Of a DNA stretch of 64,000 nucleotides, positions 9,576-18,092 are shown piece after piece. Source of the DNA: an uncultured virus (IMG/VR IMGVR_UViG_3300035698_008855) (Duplodnaviria > Heunggongvirae > Uroviricota > Caudoviricetes). Numbering within the stretch: the first letter of the stretch is position 1; each line of letters starts with the position of its first letter. The stretch lies in the IMG/VR virus record IMGVR_UViG_3300035698_008855; one strand, written 5' to 3'. The notes under the pieces were generated by a model. That model was not told where the DNA came from and did not search any database. It saw only the letters and a program-made list of their open reading frames with translations. The translations under genes were made by a program, and so were the position numbers.

Positions 9576-9627
9576 TGGTCAAGCATTGTGCTTGTCCGTA
9601 ATTTTGGTATCCGTGGAGGATGTAGCA

Positions 9628-10206
9628 ATGACGATGGGAAGACACATTTTGATGGTCGTGATCATATCGGCGGTTGTGTCAATGTTTATGTCGATGTTCG
9701 TGTTGATCTCGGCGAGGGTGTACTTGAATCGTCCAGTCGTCCTCACTGAGACGGCTACGCATGTGGCTGAGTACGCGAAAGCCAACACTGAGCGGGCGCG
9801 TAAGGCTACGTGGGACGTATACATGCAGAAGCCTGTGTCTACGTTCAAGGATCTCTTTGACGCGGTCTGCACAGTCGCGTCAGGCAACGACGACGGTCAC
9901 CACGGCAAGTATGGTGAACGTGGTCCCGCGCAGATATTGCCTATATGCGTAAAAGACTGCAATGAGATTATAGGCAAGGAGATCTGGGGCATCGAGGATC
10001 GAAGCTCCAGAAAGTTGTCGTACGAGATGTTCTACACGTACATCCCCTTCTACCTAGAGGGGTTACGGGACATGGTAGACATGTCGGTGCTCGAGGCAGC
10101 GGCAAGGATATGGAAGGGTGGCCCGTCGGGTTACCGTAAGAAGTCAACTGAGGCTTACTGGCAGAAGGTTGCCAGGCAACTGGAAGTAATGAAGAACGCA
10201 CGCTGA
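9628..10206 (+). CDS. membrane-anchored lysozyme-like protein (i-type/transglycosylase-like), possibly inactive
   Basis: N-terminal TM helix; GPAQI, DR, ARIWKGGPxG..KKST..YWxKV; VASG where VESG is expected. Confidence 0.7.
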   Translation: MTMGRHILMVVIISAVVSMFMSMFVLISARVYLNRPVVLTETATHVAEYAKANTERARKATWDVYMQKPVSTFKDLFDAVCTVASGNDDGHHGKYGERGPAQILPICVKDCNEIIGKEIWGIEDRSSRKLSYEMFYTYIPFYLEGLRDMVDMSVLEAAARIWKGGPSGYRKKSTEAYWQKVARQLEVMKNAR

Positions 10207-10299
10207 CTGGTACCAAGGCGTGTTGGTGAATAGCTCGAGGGAAAGGAGAGACGTACTGAAGTTTCGTAGCTACGACGTATTTCCAGTACAACTCTAGAG

Positions 10300-10554
10300 A
10301 TGAAGGGTAGCATTACGGCTACATCGGACGAGAGACGAGTCGGCGACCTCATCCTCGCACAGGGTGAGTTCGCGCTGGTGCAGGACGGAGCCGATGGCGG
10401 CGTTCAAGTCATCGTCGGTCCCGCGAAGAGCCCGGTTGGAGAGACGGACTCGCGCGTGGGCGGTACGGTGGTTAGGCGAATGTGGGCGTTGGAAGCGAAG
10501 TTAGCTGCGCAGCCGTTGCAGCCTATCGTGCGGAGCGTTAGCGCGGCTGCGTAA
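10300..10554 (+). CDS. hypothetical protein
   Basis: ORF in a co-oriented run; weak support. Confidence 0.4.
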   Translation: MKGSITATSDERRVGDLILAQGEFALVQDGADGGVQVIVGPAKSPVGETDSRVGGTVVRRMWALEAKLAAQPLQPIVRSVSAAA

Positions 10555-10599
10555 CACAGGGGGCCTTCGTGCCCTACATTTTCGGAAAGGCAGGGTCGT

Positions 10600-10863
10600 A
10601 TGCCAGAAATGGACAAGATGTTTAGGGGCTTTCTCAGTTACTACACAGCTCTCCTTAATCGCGGCATTGACGCCAATGTTGCGGCTCAGGTAGCCGCACA
10701 GCTCGTGTTGGCGTCATGTGTTTCTGATTTGACTGAAGCCGTCAAGTACCCGACGCCCGGCTTCATGGATGATCACGTGCGCGAGATGCAGGCCTTCGTT
10801 GAGGAGATAACCAAGTTGCCTGGTGCTGTACGTCGGGTTGCTGCGGCGATTGAGGGCCGCTAG
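10600..10863 (+). CDS. hypothetical protein
   Basis: ORF followed by a terminator. Confidence 0.6.
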   Translation: MPEMDKMFRGFLSYYTALLNRGIDANVAAQVAAQLVLASCVSDLTEAVKYPTPGFMDDHVREMQAFVEEITKLPGAVRRVAAAIEGR

Positions 10864-10873
10864 GTACATGGGT

Positions 10874-10920
10874 GGGGGGTTGCTGCGTAAGCAGCCCCTC
10901 CCCTCTCTTTTTTTTAGCTA
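10874..10920 (+). terminator. intrinsic terminator ending in TTTAGCT
   Basis: GC-rich stem with GTAA loop, then T8-AGCTA. Confidence 0.75.
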
Positions 10921-10932
10921 TGGCTAATCTCG

Positions 10933-10961
10933 TTGACCTTCATCCGTATGTGAGTTACACT
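10933..10961 (+). promoter_or_regulatory. sigma70-like promoter TTGACC-N17-TACACT
   Basis: Near-consensus boxes, 17-nt spacing, intergenic after a terminator. Confidence 0.6.
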
Positions 10962-11001
10962 ACAGTTGTTCTCGTTCTACGCGGTAACTGGAGGTTTGAC
11001 C

Positions 11002-11280
11002 ATGGCTGCGAGCTTCTTGAGACGTTTTGCATTTTGGCGAGGTCCTCTCTACACTCCTGAGGAGATGTACGCTCAGCTGGCGTCCGTGCTCAGCCATACG
11101 ATGGACGAGCGCGCGGTGGTTGAGGCAATCCATGAGATCGACAGCTTCGATGCGGGGGCTGTAGACGGCCCGTTGCACGAGAAGGCTATGTCGGTTCTTC
11201 GTCGTTTGCGTATGCTGGATAGGGTGCAGGACATCGACGCGTTGCGTAAGGCAGAGGCCTACTTGAAGAAGATGCGTTAG
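11002..11280 (+). CDS. hypothetical protein
   Basis: GGAGG RBS before ATG 11002. Confidence 0.65.
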   Translation: MAASFLRRFAFWRGPLYTPEEMYAQLASVLSHTMDERAVVEAIHEIDSFDAGAVDGPLHEKAMSVLRRLRMLDRVQDIDALRKAEAYLKKMR

Positions 11281-11382
11281 TAACGCGTTGCAGAGGATAG
11301 AGGAAGATATGTATGCCTGAGAGGAACAGCGCCCAAGCGTATACAGACGCGGGGTGGAACATCATCCACATCGAGCGAGACC

Positions 11383-13962
11383 ATGGCTAAGAGTGATGCT
11401 GCCCCCGGACTACCCGACTTTACTCGCTACGGGAGTACACGCACCCTTCCGCTCAACAAGCTCCTTCCCTACGTCGTACAGGAACACAAGGCGAAGAGAG
11501 CGGGATGCTTTACAGCAGATGCATTGGTGTTAATGGCAGACCGTACACATAAACGTATTGCAGACGTATGTGTAGGCGATTACGTAGCCACCCCTTTTGG
11601 TGATGCAGCAGTATCAAATGTGTGGTACAATGGAGTTACGAAAGATTGGTTCAGCGTGCAGTGTGGAGCTGAATCAACTACGGTAACGCCAAACCACGCC
11701 TACTTTGTTAGGGGCGTTGGCGCGGTACCCGTTGAACTACTGGAGCATTATCATGGCGCCGTCAACAACTACGGAGAAATTGAACTCTCAGCGCAAGACT
11801 TGCGAAGTGTGCGGGAAGCCGTTTGTCGTAAAAAAGACTCGGGCTGCTTACACGAGGAAGACGTGCAGAGGGGCGTGCGCAACCAAGTTGGGGCACAAGC
11901 ACAGCGGGCTAAGGCACATCAAACGATCGAAGGAGGGCATAAAGAGGGCTGCGAAGAGCGCGGTGGAGTTTCATCATACACGCCGGTTAGCGCGTTACTC
12001 GGCGTTGCGGGACGTGAAGAGAATAGTGAGGGCTATCTTAACAAACACCACAGTAGCCAGCGCAGCCGTCAGCCTAGAATGCCCGCCGGAAAGGTTGAGA
12101 TCGGAGCTACGGTATTTGGGTCTACCGATACCAACGCCAGCAGAGATGCCGAAGGAGTTAGGCGACGCAAAGGTTTTAGAGGATCTATATGTAAAACAGC
12201 GGAAATCGCTAAATCAGATCGGCGAGATGCTAGGGGTCAGCAGGATGACAGTATCTCGTGCATTTCAACGGTTGAAGCTGTCGGTATCTGCGTTGAAGAA
12301 GGAAAAGGGTACCACGTCAATTTACAACGCGAGATACCGCAAAAAGCGGGAGGCCGCGCTGGTAGCGTCAAACGGAAAATGTGTATGGTGTGGGCGGACG
12401 GACAACGTAGATACACATCATTGTATCCCGGGTACCCTGCTGACACCGTCGCAAGATTACGATCTGTGGCCCATGTGTCGAAGGTGTCACCGGAGGTTGG
12501 AACAGCTATTTCGCCGAATGGCCGGAGAACTTTTTGTGTCAAAAGGTTGCCCAGGGTTTCAAGATGCCGTTATGATCTTAAGGTCAAAGATGTCCACATG
12601 TACGTAGCTGGTGGGTGTCTTGTTCATAACAGTCATTACGACATTAGGTTCGGACCCGACCAGCTTTTTTCATGGGCGACGAAGAAAGAGCTCCCGGAAG
12701 CAGGGGAGCGGATCGCCGTCTATCAGCAACCTCTCCACCGAGGCTCCTACGCTGAATTTGAAGGAACCCTCGCTGAAGGATACGGGGCAGGTACCGTCAA
12801 GCGTAAAGACAAAGGGTTTGTCCTCGTCACCAAAGTAGACGACGACAAGATCTCTTTCGTTGTTGCCCACAAGAAGTTCCCCGAACGCTACACGCTGGTG
12901 CGCAACAAGAAGGCGCCAAAGACGTGGTATCTGATCAACACGACGCCTATGGATGTCGGCCGCATGCTGGCAGGTAAGAAGGTAGACCCTGGCGGGCAGA
13001 CGTCTGAAGCGATGGGCATCAACAAGGTGAGGTACACGAAGATTCCCGCCGAGCAGGTGGAGAAGCTCTTCAGCGGAGACTACCTCAACTCAGAGAAGAT
13101 CGACGGAGCTGCGGCGTTGTATCACGTTCTCTCCGATCGTATTGAAGCGCTGTCCTACCGAGCGAGTAAAACCGGCAGGCCCATCATACATACGTACAAG
13201 GTAGGGGGACTTACCGGCGTAAATATACCTAAACAGCTCGTAGGATCAGTTCTTCGAGGAGAGATCTGGGGTGAGCAAAAAGGTAAGGCCATCCCACCCC
13301 AAGAACTCGGCGGACTACTGAACTCGTCTGTGGCTAAGAGTCTGCAGGATCAGAGTTCACGCCAGATCAATATGCGTAATGCCCTCTTTGACATCTACCG
13401 GCTGGGCAAAGAGCCAGTCGATCAGAGTCTTCCGTATGAGGAGAGGTTGGCCAAGCTACGCGAGGTACTCAAACACATGCCGGAGGGGAAGTTTCACCTT
13501 CCGCAGATGGCTTCGACGCCCGAGGGATCGCGTAAGCTATGGGACGACATCCAGTCTGGACGTAACCCCAGAACATCAGAGGGCATCGTTGGGTGGCCTA
13601 AGGCTGGAGGTAGACCTGTTAAGGTTAAGCTGTTGGATGAGCGTGATGTGTGGGTAAAGGAAGTGTTCCCCGGCGCCGGTAAGCTGAAGGATAAGGCTGC
13701 GGGTGGATTCAGGTACTCGCTCTCTCCCAAAGGTCCTGTAGTGGGTGCTGTAGGCAGCGGGTTCACTGAAGACACACGCAGGCAGATGTGGGAACAGCAG
13801 CAGGATTGGATCGGCAGAATGGCACGAACAAAGAGTCAGGCTCAGTTCCCGAGTGGCGCACTACGCTCTCCTGTCTTTCATGGACTTCATGAAGACTACC
13901 CCTTGAAGAAGTCAGCTGCGTGGCGGTGTGGGTATACATGTAGTGTGCAGAAACCTCAGTAA
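11383..13962 (+). CDS. LigD-type 3'-phosphoesterase / ATP-dependent DNA ligase fusion, intein-containing
   Basis: YVVQEH..[intein]..HYDIR, SWA, FEG..GYGAG (phosphoesterase); SEKIDG, GEIW, FDI, EGIV, KVK, VGSGF, LRSPVF (ligase and OB fold). Confidence 0.9.
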   Translation: MAKSDAAPGLPDFTRYGSTRTLPLNKLLPYVVQEHKAKRAGCFTADALVLMADRTHKRIADVCVGDYVATPFGDAAVSNVWYNGVTKDWFSVQCGAESTTVTPNHAYFVRGVGAVPVELLEHYHGAVNNYGEIELSAQDLRSVREAVCRKKDSGCLHEEDVQRGVRNQVGAQAQRAKAHQTIEGGHKEGCEERGGVSSYTPVSALLGVAGREENSEGYLNKHHSSQRSRQPRMPAGKVEIGATVFGSTDTNASRDAEGVRRRKGFRGSICKTAEIAKSDRRDARGQQDDSISCISTVEAVGICVEEGKGYHVNLQREIPQKAGGRAGSVKRKMCMVWADGQRRYTSLYPGYPADTVARLRSVAHVSKVSPEVGTAISPNGRRTFCVKRLPRVSRCRYDLKVKDVHMYVAGGCLVHNSHYDIRFGPDQLFSWATKKELPEAGERIAVYQQPLHRGSYAEFEGTLAEGYGAGTVKRKDKGFVLVTKVDDDKISFVVAHKKFPERYTLVRNKKAPKTWYLINTTPMDVGRMLAGKKVDPGGQTSEAMGINKVRYTKIPAEQVEKLFSGDYLNSEKIDGAAALYHVLSDRIEALSYRASKTGRPIIHTYKVGGLTGVNIPKQLVGSVLRGEIWGEQKGKAIPPQELGGLLNSSVAKSLQDQSSRQINMRNALFDIYRLGKEPVDQSLPYEERLAKLREVLKHMPEGKFHLPQMASTPEGSRKLWDDIQSGRNPRTSEGIVGWPKAGGRPVKVKLLDERDVWVKEVFPGAGKLKDKAAGGFRYSLSPKGPVVGAVGSGFTEDTRRQMWEQQQDWIGRMARTKSQAQFPSGALRSPVFHGLHEDYPLKKSAAWRCGYTCSVQKPQ
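11506..12630 (+). mobile_element. intein (375 aa) in the ligase phosphoesterase domain
   Basis: G|CFTADALV..., TPNH block B, ...YDLKV...LVHN|S; removal restores HKAKRAG-SHYDIR. Confidence 0.9.
11753..12607 (+). CDS. HNH homing endonuclease (Zn finger + HTH + HNH) in the +1 frame inside the intein
   Basis: GGAG RBS at 11742-45, ATG 11753; CEVCGKPF..TC..AC; HTH SLNQIGEMLGVSRMTV; CVWCG..DTHH..LWPMCRRCH. Confidence 0.85.
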   Translation: MAPSTTTEKLNSQRKTCEVCGKPFVVKKTRAAYTRKTCRGACATKLGHKHSGLRHIKRSKEGIKRAAKSAVEFHHTRRLARYSALRDVKRIVRAILTNTTVASAAVSLECPPERLRSELRYLGLPIPTPAEMPKELGDAKVLEDLYVKQRKSLNQIGEMLGVSRMTVSRAFQRLKLSVSALKKEKGTTSIYNARYRKKREAALVASNGKCVWCGRTDNVDTHHCIPGTLLTPSQDYDLWPMCRRCHRRLEQLFRRMAGELFVSKGCPGFQDAVMILRSKMSTCT

Positions 13963-13988
13963 GAGTATAAACCTTGCAGGTACAATCA

Positions 13989-14540
13989 ATGTTCGATGAG
14001 TTGGCATCACGTTCCGGTCTCAAGTTGGAGCTTCGACAACTGACCCGATCGGATGTGGAGTCTGTCCGACAGTTCTTTGATAATCTCTCTGAGAAGTCTT
14101 ACCGATGCTTCCAGGCCCACGCGTTAGATGAGGAGACGGTTACCGCCCTCATGGAAAGATCGGAGTTGGAGAAGGATCTTGTCTTTGGCGCCTTTGATGA
14201 AGAACGCATGGTCGCTTACTTCTTCCTCTGGTACTACGACACACCTATCCCCATCTTAGGCGTTGGGGTGGATGATGATTATCAAGGTGTAGGTTTCGGT
14301 GAGGCGGCGATGAATGTCCTCATCGACACGGCAGACGCGAATGGGCGTGAGGGAATCGTACTTACCGTGGTACCCGAGAACTACCGAGCAGTTGCGCTCT
14401 ACACGAAGATGGGGTTTGTAGATTTTGGTCCGACTGAGAACTTAACTGGAGAAGGAGAGATCACGATCGAACATAAGATGTTCCTCTCACTTCAGCCCGG
14501 GGCTTACCCAATAAACATTGAGTACGCCCCACCCCTCTGA
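13989..14540 (+). CDS. GNAT family N-acetyltransferase
   Basis: V..DYQGVGFG acetyl-CoA motif; NYRAVALYTKMGF. Confidence 0.9.
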   Translation: MFDELASRSGLKLELRQLTRSDVESVRQFFDNLSEKSYRCFQAHALDEETVTALMERSELEKDLVFGAFDEERMVAYFFLWYYDTPIPILGVGVDDDYQGVGFGEAAMNVLIDTADANGREGIVLTVVPENYRAVALYTKMGFVDFGPTENLTGEGEITIEHKMFLSLQPGAYPINIEYAPPL

Positions 14541-14561
14541 GATTATTTACCGATAATAACA

Positions 14562-14576
14562 CGTTACTATATATTG
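14562..14576 (+). promoter_or_regulatory. candidate promoter motif CGTTACTATATATTG upstream of the Cas7-like cassette
   Basis: Matches the CGTTACTATnTnTTG pattern at 5998 and 9558. Confidence 0.5.
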
Positions 14577-14722
14577 GACTGATGGTTGTGCAGTCCACGT
14601 CCCCCGGATGGGCCTCAGGTTTACCCCTGAGGCCCACCTTGTTTTCTTTGGGAGAGGAGAACAGGGGAGAGGAGGAGTGTAATGTTCATATGCAGGTCCC
14701 TACTCGAAAGGAGCCAACTACA

Positions 14723-15628
14723 TTGGCCAAATCAAAGGGAGCCGCAAAGAAGGACACGCCACCGAACGCGTCGAAGACGATGGAAGAGTTCGTTGGGCAG
14801 CAAGTCTCATCCGGTACGATCCGACAGGAGGCGACGCAGGTTTGCCTGCTCACGCTCAGCCTGACGGGTCTGACCCCGCTTATCATGCACGCCAAGGGCC
14901 CGATCATGCAGTACGGCATGAAGTGCTCCGTTGGCCTGCTGCCGAGGCCCGCGAAGAAGCCGCCCCGCAACCAGGGGGCGGAGCTCGTCGACTCGATGTA
15001 CCTCATGGAGCCGTGGGTGGAACCGCCTCCCATCGACCCCATGAAGGGTCCGATCTACACGAACTATCCGTCGATGGCCGAGATTGCCGCGCTTCCGTCG
15101 CCTGTGGTGGGTCTCCCCGCCGAGGCGCTGAAGAAGGCGATCGTCAAGGCCGTGACGCGGTTCAGCGATGTTCGTGGTCTCACCGGCACGAAGGTCTCCG
15201 GAGCTGTGTGGGTTCATGGTATCCACAGCCCCGTGTGCCGCAGAACGCTGCTCCCAGTGGAGTATGAGCAGCTGCTCGTCAATGAAGCCGTGGTCCCGAT
15301 CGGTGGCTTCGGTTCCAACAGTACCTCCGACGTTCGCACCCGCCCGGAGTTCCACGGCTGGACGATCAAAGCGCCGGTTACGTTCAACCCCCTCGTCATG
15401 TCGCCGAACATCCTTCTCGAGCTGGTCAACATCGCCGGGCAGTCCATCGGCATTGGCGACCACCGTATCGAGAAGGGCGGAGAGAACGGCGCCTTCAAGG
15501 TCGCCGACGGCTACAAGGACACGGTGGTGAAGACGACCCTCGAAGCGATGTACGAGGGCTACTACCAGGGTGGGCAGCTTCCCACGGCGAAGAAGACCAG
15601 CAGAAGGAAGAAGAAGGCGGCGGCGTAG
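14723..15628 (+). CDS. Cas7/RAMP-like RNA-binding protein (standalone, phage type)
   Basis: First strand LSLTGLTPLIMH; helix GLPAEALKKAI; RTRPEFxxW; Gly-rich loop AGQSIGIGDHRIEKGGENGAF; AAGGAG RBS before TTG 14723 (alternative start ATG 14690). Confidence 0.75.
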   Translation: MAKSKGAAKKDTPPNASKTMEEFVGQQVSSGTIRQEATQVCLLTLSLTGLTPLIMHAKGPIMQYGMKCSVGLLPRPAKKPPRNQGAELVDSMYLMEPWVEPPPIDPMKGPIYTNYPSMAEIAALPSPVVGLPAEALKKAIVKAVTRFSDVRGLTGTKVSGAVWVHGIHSPVCRRTLLPVEYEQLLVNEAVVPIGGFGSNSTSDVRTRPEFHGWTIKAPVTFNPLVMSPNILLELVNIAGQSIGIGDHRIEKGGENGAFKVADGYKDTVVKTTLEAMYEGYYQGGQLPTAKKTSRRKKKAAA

Positions 15629-15750
15629 AACGCCTAACATCCTGAGTATCTGTTCCTCCTTTTCCCCTCATCTCCCATGACGTACCTTATATGGCCCCTC
15701 CTGTGCGGGCCTATTTTCCTGTGGAGAAATGACTCCTGAAAGGAATCTGT

Positions 15751-16488
15751 ATGGCTGCAAAGAAAGCCGCGAAGAAGAAGCCGAAGCCTCGCGCGAAGCT
15801 TGGTGGTGTCGGTAGAGGTAAGGGTTTCACCCTCAATGTCGCTGGGCTCGGGCCCTGTGAGAAGTACATGTTCAAGGCAGCACCTGGAGCGCTTTACGGA
15901 AACGATAAGGCGCAAGAGATCGGCGATTGGATTGTCGCTCTACTTCTCAGTCGGAAGGTCAATCATCTCACCACGCAGGAGCTGCATGAGGAGATGACCA
16001 CCGACGCAGCTTGCCCGGCTCATGAGGTCTACCAGTGGGACGACGATAAGGCCGCTGATCAGTTCCGCAGGACGCAGACGCGCCAGATTGTCAATCATCT
16101 TCGTGCCCGTGTCATTGAGATCGATGTCGAGCCGATGCCGCCCGAGTTCCTTCGCACCATGCCCGATACGGAGATCGATCTTCGCTTCCGTAGTGTCGAC
16201 AGACCTACCGACGGCGATGATACCGACACGGGGGCTGGGTGCAAGGCTTACTACTTGGATCCGGCGATCAAGAGCGACAAACAGCTCCGTTTGGCAACGG
16301 TCCAGAGGGCGATGGTCGAGATGACCCAGTGGGCCAACCGCTACGAGTACTTCAATGAAGATCCTCGCATCGCGACGATCATCCGTGCCATCAACCGTGC
16401 CAACCCCGGTTGGAAACGGAACAGTGTGGTGGCGAAGGCTCGTAGGGCCAAGAAGCAAAGAAGAAGTGATCAAGGCGATCGCGGCTAG
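15751..16488 (+). CDS. partner protein of the Cas7-like gene, unknown function
   Basis: AAGGA RBS; Lys-rich termini; LT..E......PxH..YQWDDxKAAxxFRxxQxRxIV motif. Confidence 0.75.
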   Translation: MAAKKAAKKKPKPRAKLGGVGRGKGFTLNVAGLGPCEKYMFKAAPGALYGNDKAQEIGDWIVALLLSRKVNHLTTQELHEEMTTDAACPAHEVYQWDDDKAADQFRRTQTRQIVNHLRARVIEIDVEPMPPEFLRTMPDTEIDLRFRSVDRPTDGDDTDTGAGCKAYYLDPAIKSDKQLRLATVQRAMVEMTQWANRYEYFNEDPRIATIIRAINRANPGWKRNSVVAKARRAKKQRRSDQGDRG

Positions 16489-18080
16489 TCTCGCCACGTC
16501 ACGTCCTTCTTCGTCATGGCCGTCTCGTCATTACTCGGCTCGTCTCAACCAGGCCTGTCCGCTCAAGGCCGTCATGGCTCGACCTGCCACATCCTGCCAG
16601 GCCAAGGCTGTCGTGACAAGCCTTGCCTCGTCTGCGCATGCCTCTCCAGGCCAAGGCCGTCTCGGCTCCTCTGAGCAGGTCTGACCTAGTTGCACCCAGT
16701 CACGGCCGTCATTGTGCCCACGTACGTATTGCGTGGGCCACTCTTGTCTTGTCCGTTCGTGTCACGGCCGTCTTGTCGTGACTGAACTACACGTACCGTG
16801 TCGAATCGAGACACACCACCGCAATCTCAAGGCCGTCAGCTCATGTCACGTCAGTTCATACCTAGTCTTTTCTTGCCTAGTCTCTCCAAGGCCGTCAACT
16901 CAGGTTCTTTCGAGCCAGCGCTGGCCTCATCTCGTCTAGTCGTATCGTGTCTAGGCCGTCATGTCGACGCGTATCCTGCCAGAGCAAGCTCTGTCAAGGC
17001 CGTCTGGTCGTCTCGTGGCGACACCAGGCAAGCCACGTCTCATCAAGGCCGTCCTGTCATACCCGATCGAGTCATCACGTATCTAGTCGGGCCAATACTT
17101 GCCCCCTCAAGGCCGTCGAGGCGTACCCTGTCAGCACCGAACCAGTCACGCCCAGTCCTCTCAAGTCGGGCCAAGGCCGTCTTGGCTAGTCCCGTCTGAA
17201 CTTGTCTTGTCTTGCCGAAACAAACCAGGGCCGTCTAGGCGCGCCTTGTCTCATCTCGACACACCTAGCCTCCTCCGGGCCGTCACGTCAAGCCCCGTCT
17301 CGCCAAGTTAGAGCAGTTCTTGTCTGGGCCGTCATGTCGCTGCCAGACTCGTCTCATCTTCTCGTACCTTCTCACCGCTGGGCCGTCTAGGCTCGTCGCG
17401 GCTCGTCTCAGCTTCACCCGTCTCCTCCGGGCCGTCTAGTCTGGTCCCGTCAGACCTCCTCTGGTCGCTACCATCTGTGTCAAGGCCGTCTAGTCCAGTC
17501 ACACCTCGTCCCGTCCTATCTCCTCGTGCCACGGCCGTCAAGCCACACCATCCCCCGTCATCCCCCCTCCGGTCGGGTTGTTACGGGTCAGATCGAGGCC
17601 GTCATGTCCGTTCCAGCCAGCTCAAGTCGTCGCCTTGCCCCCTCATGGCCGTCTGGTCTTGCCTTGTCTCGTCCAGTCTCCCCTTGACTTCACAGGCCCG
17701 GGCCGTCAGGTCATACCTAGCCCCGTTGTGTCACGTCTCACCTAGTCGCGTCACATCAAGGCCGTCTAGACTCGTCGCGTCTCATCCAGTCGGCGCCTAT
17801 CCCCTCGGGGCCGTCGGGTCCAGTCCGCTCGTTTCACGCCCAGTCTCGTCTTACCACGGCCGTCTTGGCGCGTCCCTCCATGTCCTGACAACACCGTACC
17901 GGCCCCGGCCGTCGGGTCTGTTCGACTCTGGTCCAATCTCCTCCCCTCACCCCTAGGCACGGCTGTCGCGTCTAGGCAAGTCGTATCGAGTCTTGTCCTC
18001 TCATCTCCGGGCCGTCATGTCGCCTCATTTCGTTTCGGGACCAGTCGCGACGAGTTATGCCAAGTCATGACGTCTCCTGG
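16474..18080. repeat. non-coding array: 29 GGC(C/T)GTC-punctuated units of 5-nt xYC-NN modules (candidate guide-RNA array)
   Basis: 27 GGCCGTC and 2 GGCTGTC between 16518 and 18010, plus degenerate GGCGATC at 16474; 25 of 28 spacings equal 5n+4 (39-64 nt). Confidence 0.9.
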
Positions 18081-18092
18081 CCAAATGAACAC

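Noticed and set aside
14582..14722. Longer N-terminus for the Cas7-like ORF from ATG 14582
   Set aside because: No RBS, and it overlaps the hairpin leader; AAGGAG+TTG 14723 (or ATG 14690) fits better
14650..15677. Long-range pairing between the purine tract at 14650-14677 and the pyrimidine tract at 15650-15677
   Set aside because: Only partial, low-complexity complementarity; could be chance
16355..17960. Short ORFs across the array (e.g. 16798-17199, 17477-17956)
   Set aside because: Ser/Arg/Leu/Val-rich translations in all frames are what a period-5 repeat produces; no RBS, and the period does not fit codons
16474..18080. Canonical CRISPR array
   Set aside because: The constant part is only 7 nt, the intervening sequence has internal 5-nt periodicity, and there are no 23-50-nt repeats or cas1/cas2
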